Positions 10,341 to 17,397 of a stretch of 34,044 nt of DNA are shown piece by piece; position 1 is the first letter of the stretch, and each line of letters starts with the position of its first letter. Below the pieces are notes generated by a model, which saw only the letters and a list, made by a program, of their open reading frames with translations, did not search any database and was not told where the DNA came from. The translations under genes were made by a program, and so were the position numbers. The DNA is from Candidatus Woesearchaeota archaeon (GTDB lineage: Archaea > Nanobdellota > Nanobdellia > Pacearchaeales > GW2011-AR1): positions 1 through 34,044 of the forward strand of contig CAYUCQ010000002.1 in the NCBI GenBank assembly GCA_964443535.1, written 5' to 3'.

Positions 10341-10441
10341 GCCCGATTAGTCTAGTGGTCAAGGACGCGGCCCTTTCGAGATAGTTTCGAAAGAAAGATC
10401 AAAGAACGGCCGAAACCCGGGTTCGAATCCCGGATCGGGCA
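10341..10441 (+). tRNA. Complete tRNA-Glu(UUC) with a 28-nt BHB intron at 37/38 (10379-10406)
   Basis: Acceptor GCCCGAT/ATCGGGC, anticodon TTC at 10375-10377, T-arm CCGGG-TTCGAAT-CCCGG. BHB: helix CTTT/AAAG, bulges CG|A and AA|C, outer helix GAT/ATC. Followed by a T6 tract. Confidence 0.95.
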
Positions 10442-10457
10442 TTTTTCTATTTCTAGA

Positions 10458-10754
10458 TTAAATAGAAATCCGATAATTCATTATATAATCCCATCCCTTG
10501 ACCACAGCGATTATCAGAATAACTGCGAGCAAGCCACCTCCGAAAATAGTGACAATTCCTATAATAATTTTAAAAGGAGTTGGTATCGCTTCGTCCACTA
10601 TTTTTTCTGCTGCATCTTCAGTAACTTCTTTTAATACTTCTGGGTTAGTGGGATCTTTCATAACTTGTGTAATAACTGAAACAGCCCATAAAAGAAAGAG
10701 AATTGATCCTATTGCTGTCAAGATTCCACCGATAGTGATTGCTTTCTTTACCAT
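10458..10754 (-). CDS. Small membrane protein with two TM segments, unknown function
   Basis: 98 aa, two hydrophobic segments flanking an acidic helix. Confidence 0.7.
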   Translation of the reverse strand: MVKKAITIGGILTAIGSILFLLWAVSVITQVMKDPTNPEVLKEVTEDAAEKIVDEAIPTPFKIIIGIVTIFGGGLLAVILIIAVVKGWDYIMNYRISI

Positions 10755-10840
10755 CTTATAATTTTGTTATAATAAGTAGTATCTAAACATTATTGTGATA
10801 AAACCAATAGATATAAATTGTTGAAAATTACTAGAAAGCT

Positions 10841-11212
10841 ATGAAATTCAAAGAGGTACCAAAAGATAAAGTAGAAATTATCGGCTCAATTATAAACGGG
10901 TCTCCAAATAGCGTAAATGGAAGTCCTTGGCTCTCGGTTTATCCATGTGATCCACAAGATATTGTCGACAACCCTGTTCTTTTAAATAAATCAGTCGCGG
11001 CAGGCATTGTTGCCAGCGGAGCCATTGTTCTAGGTTTACCTATTCCAATTTATTCTTATGATATAGTTAGGATGGATGGAAGTATTTTCGATATAGACAG
11101 ACATCTCCTTTCAACCTCTGGTTCGGTTATATTAAGAAGAAGAGAAATAGATAAAAGCCTTGCAGAACATCATTCTTCAGATATTCCAGATTATTACAAA
11201 TTTTCAAAATAG
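10841..11212 (+). CDS. Hypothetical protein
   Basis: 123 aa ATG-led ORF with TATA-like ATATAAAT about 30 nt upstream. Confidence 0.6.
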   Translation: MKFKEVPKDKVEIIGSIINGSPNSVNGSPWLSVYPCDPQDIVDNPVLLNKSVAAGIVASGAIVLGLPIPIYSYDIVRMDGSIFDIDRHLLSTSGSVILRRREIDKSLAEHHSSDIPDYYKFSK

Positions 11213-11260
11213 TTATGAGCAATAAGCAATAATTATAAGGCTATATAAATTAAAATTTAT

Positions 11261-12454
11261 ATGGTAGGATGCGATTATTGCGAAAAGCCAACTGACGGTT
11301 ATGCTCACAAATGCAAGTTCTGTGGGCAAGTTCATTGTTCGGAACATTTGTTGCCAGAGTCGCATGATTGCAGGGGATTAGAATATCGCAAACAAAAAAA
11401 TTCTGAAAGATGGGGCAGGGCAGTAACCGGCCATTCTATTAACACTAAATATAATATTGATGAAGAGTCCGTTTATGAAAAGCCAACAAAAAACGTTAAA
11501 CAACACCATAAAAAACAGAAGTTTTCTGATAAGTTAAAGGGCTATGCTATCACAAAATATGAAAGTCTAAGATATTGGTTAAGAAAGAGAGAGCATCATC
11601 GATATGATTTTGAAGGGAGATCAAGCTATCTAATTACTACGATTCTAATTCTTGCGACGGCTATTGTAGGTGTTGCTATCTTCTACTCTAATGCAGAAAA
11701 ATTGAATGAGATTGACTTCTGGATCATAAAACTCGGAGGAGTATTAATCTTAGTTTCTCTGTTTTTTGCAATTAAATATGGGTGGAGATTTGGCAAGGAA
11801 ATGATTAATATCTTTAAGAGACAAAAAAATTGGTTTAGATATTTAGTTATAATTTTGATAGTTATTTTACTTTGGCAAGGTTATACGCATAAGGACAATG
11901 TTTTGAATCCTGTCTTTGAAACTTATAATAAAACTAACTTTACCTTGCTGATGCCTATCGGGATAAGTAATTTTAGCTTAGGCGAGAGTAATAGCGATGT
12001 TTCGTTTGATTATTCATCAGGCCAAGATAGTAAAAAAACATTCGATTTTGATATTCCTTCATCTAGTAAATCAGCTGGAGATCTGGCTGAAATAGAAAGT
12101 AGAATCTTAGTGTTAGTAAATGAAGAAAGAGCCAGAAATGGAGCTCATGCCTTAAGGACTAATAACAATCTTGATAACCTTGCACAGAAGCATAGTGATA
12201 GGATGATATCAGAAGATTTCTTTGAACATAGTCATTACAACGTAGGAGAAAATATTGGAGAAGTTCCTCTCCACTATAATGTTTTAGGATGTGGTTCAAC
12301 TTACTCAAATGATGATATGGCTGAATGTATGGTTACAGGTTGGATAGAAAGTCCAGGGCATCACATGAATATGATAGACAGAAGTTATGGGTCAACAGGT
12401 ATTGGCGTTGCGTGCGATAGCTCAAAATGTAGGGGCACGCAAATGTTCAGTTAG
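11261..12454 (+). CDS. AN1-type zinc finger + 3 TM + CAP (SCP/PR-1) domain protein
   Basis: N-terminal CDYC...CKFCGQVHCSEHLLPESHDC. C-terminal CAP motifs LVNEERARNG, AQKHSDRM, GENI, GWIESPGHHMNM, GIGV. Confidence 0.85.
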   Translation: MVGCDYCEKPTDGYAHKCKFCGQVHCSEHLLPESHDCRGLEYRKQKNSERWGRAVTGHSINTKYNIDEESVYEKPTKNVKQHHKKQKFSDKLKGYAITKYESLRYWLRKREHHRYDFEGRSSYLITTILILATAIVGVAIFYSNAEKLNEIDFWIIKLGGVLILVSLFFAIKYGWRFGKEMINIFKRQKNWFRYLVIILIVILLWQGYTHKDNVLNPVFETYNKTNFTLLMPIGISNFSLGESNSDVSFDYSSGQDSKKTFDFDIPSSSKSAGDLAEIESRILVLVNEERARNGAHALRTNNNLDNLAQKHSDRMISEDFFEHSHYNVGENIGEVPLHYNVLGCGSTYSNDDMAECMVTGWIESPGHHMNMIDRSYGSTGIGVACDSSKCRGTQMFS

Positions 12455-13610
12455 TTCCCTTACAACTATGTTCGTGCTCAAGTAACTGATTGAATTGTTC
12501 AAATTGCTCTCCGCAATGTTTACACTTTCCTTCTCTTGCGACGGCATCAGTATAGAGAAAATTAAAGTGCATTTCTTCTGTCAAAATAGAAGTCATCTGT
12601 TTCTCTAATTGTTCGTAGTGATCTATTGCTGAAAGAGCGTCTTTTTTGTCTTTTGATTTAAGAGTTAGGTTAGATAGGCCAATCGCCCTTAGTCTTTTAC
12701 TCAACGATGGATGAGATGAAAAGAATTTAGTCTTTTCATTGTCTACAACCGTTTGTTTAATATTTTTATGATCTTCTTTCATGTAGGCTTTGTGAATGCT
12801 GTCATATACATTGACAAACTGTCTTCCTTCTGAAAGAAAGTGGGCAATCGAGTTATATCCTACTTCTTCGAAATATAAAGTATAAGCAGAGTAATTTACT
12901 AAACCTCTACCAAAAATTTCTTTACTTGAAAAATGAGTTGCGATATAATCGGCCCTATATTCTATCTGTCTAGAATAAATAGAAATGATAACTCTGAAAA
13001 TAAAAGAGTAGGATTTTGCAAATCCGCTTATGAAAAGTCCAATAACTGCAAGTTCGGCCAAAGGGATTACATTCCACCATGCTTTTCCAAAATTTGAAGA
13101 TTTTTCTAAGGATATCTGTATTTTAGCTAATAGGGATCCAACGATGGTATCATTTCCGTATAAATGTCCAAATTCGTGAGCAAGAATTGATTTAAATTCT
13201 TCAGAAGAAATCGATCTTAATCCTACAATTCCAATACCCAATTTTCTTTTAAAGAGGCCAGTAACATAAATTTCATCTGATGGCAAAACGTGAATTTCAT
13301 CCGGCATTCTTACTCCGATATTTTGAGAAACTTCTCTAATCGCTTTGATCAACTTAGGAAATTTATCCTGATGAATTGCATAACCTCTATCTTTAGATTT
13401 AACTGAAATAGCAACAATAAGAGGAATTACGCCTAATCCTACAAATATCCACCCAAAGATATTTGTTCCAGAAAATTCCCACCATTCACCGACAAAAATG
13501 CCTATGCGGAAGAGGGCATAATATACTGAAATAAAAAGAGCAACAGTAATCAATAAGCTAAGATAAATTCTAAACTGAATCGTAAAAGGTATTTTTATCT
13601 TTCTTTGCAT
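12447..13610 (-). CDS. M48 (HtpX/Ste24-like) membrane zinc metalloprotease with C-terminal C2H2-like zinc finger
   Basis: SILAHEFGH, YSRQIEYRAD, SSHPSLSKRL, TM helices; C-terminal CKHC...HEHSC. Confidence 0.85.
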   Translation of the reverse strand: MQRKIKIPFTIQFRIYLSLLITVALFISVYYALFRIGIFVGEWWEFSGTNIFGWIFVGLGVIPLIVAISVKSKDRGYAIHQDKFPKLIKAIREVSQNIGVRMPDEIHVLPSDEIYVTGLFKRKLGIGIVGLRSISSEEFKSILAHEFGHLYGNDTIVGSLLAKIQISLEKSSNFGKAWWNVIPLAELAVIGLFISGFAKSYSFIFRVIISIYSRQIEYRADYIATHFSSKEIFGRGLVNYSAYTLYFEEVGYNSIAHFLSEGRQFVNVYDSIHKAYMKEDHKNIKQTVVDNEKTKFFSSHPSLSKRLRAIGLSNLTLKSKDKKDALSAIDHYEQLEKQMTSILTEEMHFNFLYTDAVAREGKCKHCGEQFEQFNQLLEHEHSCKGTN

Positions 13611-13725
13611 AGTAATAAGTCTTTTTTTAATTATAAATATCTTATCTTTATTTTTACAGGTTATCGCTCGTATTAATACTCTGGCAACAAAGCATTTTTA
13701 ACATTCAAATTCCAATTTTATAGGT

Positions 13726-14358
13726 ATGCAATCAACACATTCAATAACAATCCAACAAAGAGGAGATAAAATACATAGATACGAAAGCAAAAATCAGAAT
13801 GATTTTGTGATTGAAGAAGACATTGCCGGATTAGACGCAAATGTTCTTGTTGATTTAGCTGAAAGTGAAGAATTTAAGCATAATATTAGAGAACAAATAA
13901 GTATTGGCGTACGGAAATTTTATACAACAAATGTGGCGCTTGGAGAAGCAAGACACGTTTTAGTGAAGAAAAGAAAATATAAACATCAAGATGCAACAGA
14001 CAAACTCCAAAATATTCTTAAAGAGTTTAACATAACTAAGATAAACCATAATAGGGAGAGCAATGATTTAGGAAATAATTGGGTAGATATTGTGAAGAAA
14101 CAAACACACATCAAAAAATTTAGAACCTTCCCGACCGATTGCAGAATTCTCGCCAATTTATTCAAACAAGCAAAAGTTAACCTCTATTTTACAGAAGATC
14201 AAGATATAGAAAAAGCACTAAATATTCTAAAGGTTCCGATTAGAATAAGAATTGTAGGAGAGGCTTCACAGCTAGATAGTTTTGAAATTAAAAGATTCTT
14301 TCAGGAGCAATTTAAGGAAAAGCGCAAAGCTTTTCATAAATCTCGGAAGCGTCGTTAA
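13726..14358 (+). CDS. PIN-domain (VapC-like) nuclease
   Basis: Acidic PIN residues in LDANVLVD, ALGEARH, PTDCRIL, FTEDQD. Confidence 0.7.
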   Translation: MQSTHSITIQQRGDKIHRYESKNQNDFVIEEDIAGLDANVLVDLAESEEFKHNIREQISIGVRKFYTTNVALGEARHVLVKKRKYKHQDATDKLQNILKEFNITKINHNRESNDLGNNWVDIVKKQTHIKKFRTFPTDCRILANLFKQAKVNLYFTEDQDIEKALNILKVPIRIRIVGEASQLDSFEIKRFFQEQFKEKRKAFHKSRKRR

Positions 14359-14617
14359 TATTTCCGTTTGATTTCTTTAGAGCTTCTTGCCATAATTCGT
14401 TTCTTACTTCCTTAACTTCATCCATCGTTTTTACTCTTTGTTTCTTAAGAACTGAAAGAGCGTATGCTGCTTCAAATTTTGAAGTGCTCATTTGACTATT
14501 CATTGCCATTTGAGCTTTAGTTGCTAACTCTTGAAATTGCTGTTTAAATCTTTCTCCAGTTAGCTCTATGTTTTTAAATATATTATCTGATTCTTTCATT
14601 TTCTCTGTGTCTTGCAT
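14312..14617 (-). CDS. Hypothetical helical protein, convergent with and overlapping the PIN gene
   Basis: 101 aa ATG-led ORF; 47-bp 3' overlap with the PIN ORF. Confidence 0.6.
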   Translation of the reverse strand: MQDTEKMKESDNIFKNIELTGERFKQQFQELATKAQMAMNSQMSTSKFEAAYALSVLKKQRVKTMDEVKEVRNELWQEALKKSNGNINDASEIYEKLCAFP

Positions 14618-14821
14618 TTTATTTCCAGTTAAATTTAGGGCTTTACAAGGTTTAAAAAACTACCTAAAGAACAGAAAGTAACACAATTATTCAAATAAAC
14701 TAAGTCCTTTTTCATCATGATAACTACTAGTAAAAGTACTATATAAATCTTATTTGTATTGACAACTACAAATCAGTGTCGAAACCAAAAACTATTTCAA
14801 GTTTAAATTATAAGTCATATA

Positions 14822-14974
14822 ATGATAGCAAACTGTGCTGGTTGCGAGTATGGGTTTTGGGAAGCCTATGAATGGCAAACGAGAGGTTTTGATGTCATAC
14901 TGGATGGAATGGATGAGAGAAAATATGTCTTCATTAGAGTTCTTGACAAAAGCGGAAGAATAGTCTTGGAGTAA
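14822..14974 (+). CDS. Small 50-aa CxxC protein, possibly first gene of the WYL operon
   Basis: Manual translation MIANCAGCEYGFWEAYEWQTRGFDVILDGMDERKYVFIRVLDKSGRIVLE. Stop lies 2 nt before the next ATG, and its 3' end supplies a GGAG RBS. Confidence 0.5.
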   Translation: MIANCAGCEYGFWEAYEWQTRGFDVILDGMDERKYVFIRVLDKSGRIVLE

Positions 14975-14976
14975 AA

Positions 14977-15216
14977 ATGAGCGAAAAATGCAAGAATTGC
15001 CGTAGAGAGTTTAATTCTGGTATATGGATTTCTCCGCAATTTGCAGATGAAAAAGCCTTATTATTCTGTTCAGAAAAATGTAAAAAAGAATATCTCAAAA
15101 TGAAGCTTGAAAGAATAAAGGTTAATTATCCAAAGTTTCATGAAAAAATAATGCAAACCTCTAAAAATTGGAAAGAAGGTGTATTTTGGAAAGGGAAGGA
15201 TAAAAATGAAAGATAA
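14977..15216 (+). CDS. Small zinc-finger protein (TRASH/MYM-like CxxC...FCSxxC)
   Basis: CKNC...FCSEKC, 79 aa. Confidence 0.65.
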   Translation: MSEKCKNCRREFNSGIWISPQFADEKALLFCSEKCKKEYLKMKLERIKVNYPKFHEKIMQTSKNWKEGVFWKGKDKNER

Positions 15217-15715
15217 ATTCCAATTAACAAAAGAAGAAACAGAAGCCCTATATACAATAATTAAGGAGTACGAAAAGGACGCTCCCGAAAGCGACAAAGA
15301 ATATTATGACGATTACTATGATGAATACAAGACTCCGATAAAAAAGAGAACAATAAAGTCTATTCTAAATAAAATTACTAATTTATTGCCTGAAGAACAA
15401 AAAGAAGAAATAGACAAGGATTTTCTGAGGCAAAAATATCACACATTTAATAACGAAGTCAATGAAAGAGTTTATTCTATAATTGAAAAGGCATTTAATC
15501 AATTAAAGACCATTGAAATAGAGTATTTTAATATGGAAAGCGCAAAGTTCAGCAAAAGAAAGCTTGATGTTTATCATAAATCAAGAAAGTATGTTATTGG
15601 ATACTGTCATTTAAGAAAGGACATAAGAAAATTCAGAACACATAGAATCGCCTCTGCCAAATTGACAAGAGATAGCTATAAAATTCCGGAGGATTTTGAT
15701 AAGAATAGGTATTAA
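15206..15715 (+). CDS. WYL-domain protein without an obvious HTH
   Basis: IEIEYFN...KRKLDVY...YVIGYCHLRKDIRKFRTHRI. Start moved to the ATG at 15206, which follows a GGAAGG RBS. Confidence 0.85.
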   Translation: MKDKFQLTKEETEALYTIIKEYEKDAPESDKEYYDDYYDEYKTPIKKRTIKSILNKITNLLPEEQKEEIDKDFLRQKYHTFNNEVNERVYSIIEKAFNQLKTIEIEYFNMESAKFSKRKLDVYHKSRKYVIGYCHLRKDIRKFRTHRIASAKLTRDSYKIPEDFDKNRY

Positions 15716-15716
15716 A

Positions 15717-16076
15717 ATGGCAAACGATAACGGCTTAGTTGATGAGCTTGAAAAGCTTCAGACATTAAAGAAAGATATAGAACGGAAAGAAGAAGAACTA
15801 AAGAGCAAAATCATTGAGCTAGCACAAGAGAAAAATACAGATTTGTTATTTGGTTCACATAAAAAGTGTTCAGTGAAGGAATACATTAAAGTGGTTTATC
15901 CAGAAGATAAGACTCTTTTTGTCAATTTAATTAAAAATAAGGGACTTTATGACAGATTCTCCTCACTTAACTATCTTAAATTAAGTCCTGCAATTATTAA
16001 AGGCGAGATTGATAAAGATATAGCAAGTTTAACTAGACAAGAAAAAGCCTTCAGGCTTTCCTTGAAAGAGATATAG
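15717..16076 (+). CDS. Coiled-coil hypothetical protein
   Basis: MANDNGLVDELEKLQ..., ATG 1 nt after the WYL stop. From memory it resembles C-terminal extensions of some RecB-like PD-(D/E)xK proteins (unverified). Confidence 0.65.
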   Translation: MANDNGLVDELEKLQTLKKDIERKEEELKSKIIELAQEKNTDLLFGSHKKCSVKEYIKVVYPEDKTLFVNLIKNKGLYDRFSSLNYLKLSPAIIKGEIDKDIASLTRQEKAFRLSLKEI

Positions 16077-16195
16077 AAGAACTAAAAGGAAAATTATATT
16101 AACCTCCTCGTCTTCAACTGATCATGCTCACCAAAAAGTGGGGGAAAAGACTAAAGAAATAGGAATGTCCGATTGACCGCAAAATGACGCAAGTG

Positions 16196-16216
16196 CTCCA
16201 CCCTTCAAGGGCGGAG
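16196..16216. repeat. 21-bp palindrome at the right island end
   Basis: CTCCACCCTT-C-AAGGGCGGAG (one mismatch). A further half-site CTCCGCCCTT lies at 16263-16272. Confidence 0.8.
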
Positions 16217-16266
16217 AAAAGGGCGTGCTCAGCCCAAATAGGGAGGAGATGCAGGTATAGGGCTCC

Positions 16267-16278
16267 GCCCTTTCGCGG
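16267..16278 (+). repeat. Right copy of the 12-bp core direct repeat (attR-like)
   Basis: GCCCTTTCGCGG. Confidence 0.85.
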
Positions 16279-16310
16279 CCGTAACCCGGGTTCAAATCCC
16301 GGCAGGGGCA
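16276..16310 (+). tRNA. tRNA-Glu 3' half (positions 38-73)
   Basis: C-GGCCG-TAAC-CCGGG-TTCAAAT-CCCGG-CAGGGGC-A. No D-arm upstream; complements the 5' half at 10217. Confidence 0.85.
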
Positions 16311-16366
16311 TTCATTAAATCAAAGATTTCATACCACTGACGGTATGAGAACAGAGTTTGAATAAA

Positions 16367-16379
16367 CCGGCAGGGGCAT
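16367..16379 (+). repeat. 13-bp duplication of the tRNA-Glu 3' end
   Basis: CCGGCAGGGGCAT, identical to 16299-16311. Confidence 0.75.
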
Positions 16380-16429
16380 ATCACGCCACTCATAGAAAGA
16401 GATAAATAGTTTAATTATCACGATATTTT

Positions 16430-17371
16430 ATGAATTCCCAAGAAATCTTGCTAAGAGAATTGATAAAGAACGGCTATTCCATAGAAAACGGCATAAAAGT
16501 CTGGGACTTGTCAAAAAGATGCTTCAGATATGTCAATTTAGACATGGCAAAAGCATTTCTCAAACTGCAAGAGCATCCAAGATATAAAGCAACAATTAAT
16601 GACATAGAAATTAACCTTTTAAAAGAACACGTCCCAAAACTGCAAATTAATGCAAGAAAAGATCAATTTAATCTTATAGACATGAGCTGTACAGAAGGCA
16701 CAAAAGCAAAAGTAATAATTAACTCTCTTCCTAAAGACATAAACTTAAGATATTGCCCTGTAAGTGTCAGTGAATATTTAACAGAATTGGCATTAAAAAA
16801 CATAAAAAAAGAAAAGCTTCAAAATGTAGTTGACTATGCTCCAAAAGTTACAGAAAATTTCCTAAATTTAGATAACATTGGAGCTGTCTTGAGAAACAAC
16901 AAATATCAGAAAAATATAATCCTGCTTCTCAATTCATTTTTAGCAAGCTTTGAAATTAATGACTATTTGTTTAGGCTAAGCCAGTCAATGCTTCCAGGAG
17001 ATATTTTAATAATAGGAAATGGCATAAGAACAGGTCCAAGATTTGCAAACTTAGAAACATATCAGCATCCAATATTTAATGACTGGCTGATTCACATACC
17101 TCTTCAGCTTGGCTTTAAGAAAGATGAAGTAGAGTATAATGCGCGCTTTACAAACAATAGGCTTGAAGTATATTACAAGATAAAAAAAGACAAGACATTC
17201 CTATATGAGAAAAGAAAAATAGAGCTAAGAAAAAACGACGAGATAATTGTAGCATTCCAGCACAAGCTTTACGAAAATGAATTAAAAGAATTCTGCGACA
17301 TGTATTTTGACAGCGTAGAACTAAAGAAAGATTCTGAAAGTGAATATGCTATTGTCTTATGCAAAAGATAA
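16430..17371 (+). CDS. EgtD-like (histidine N-alpha-methyltransferase family) SAM-fold protein
   Basis: 313 aa. YCPVSVSEYL, LLLNSFLASFE and SMLPGDILIIG fit the family pattern; motif I is degenerate (DMSCTEGTK). Confidence 0.6.
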   Translation: MNSQEILLRELIKNGYSIENGIKVWDLSKRCFRYVNLDMAKAFLKLQEHPRYKATINDIEINLLKEHVPKLQINARKDQFNLIDMSCTEGTKAKVIINSLPKDINLRYCPVSVSEYLTELALKNIKKEKLQNVVDYAPKVTENFLNLDNIGAVLRNNKYQKNIILLLNSFLASFEINDYLFRLSQSMLPGDILIIGNGIRTGPRFANLETYQHPIFNDWLIHIPLQLGFKKDEVEYNARFTNNRLEVYYKIKKDKTFLYEKRKIELRKNDEIIVAFQHKLYENELKEFCDMYFDSVELKKDSESEYAIVLCKR

Positions 17372-17397
17372 TTTTTTCCGTGTGTGTTCAAATCCAA

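Larger units (their letters stand above)
10246..16278. mobile_element. Putative ~6.0 kb integrated island in the tRNA-Glu anticodon loop, with no recognisable integrase
   Basis: Exact 12-bp direct repeat GCCCTTTCGCGG at 10246-10257 and 16267-16278. Deleting one copy plus the intervening DNA restores a canonical tRNA. Cargo genes are accessory-type. Confidence 0.7.

Noticed and set aside
10498-10761. 87-aa plus-strand ORF
   Set aside because: It is antisense to the more protein-like, ATG-led 98-aa membrane ORF.
10341-14358. Replacement tRNA as an anticodon-nuclease-resistant allele protecting against the PIN protein
   Set aside because: The mature anticodon stem-loops of both alleles are identical, so the sequence gives no support. 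Differences are limited to the acceptor stem, 26/44 and one T-loop base.
10255-16275. The island as one canonical BHB intron or a group I/II intron
   Set aside because: The bases before the 3' junction are CTTT, not the AAAG needed to pair with positions 32-35. I found no convincing group I P7 pairing or group II domain V. Non-canonical splicing is not excluded.
16114-16311. 65-aa minus-strand ORF (MPLPGFEPG...)
   Set aside because: It is the antisense reading of the tRNA 3' half and the palindromes, a typical tRNA shadow ORF.
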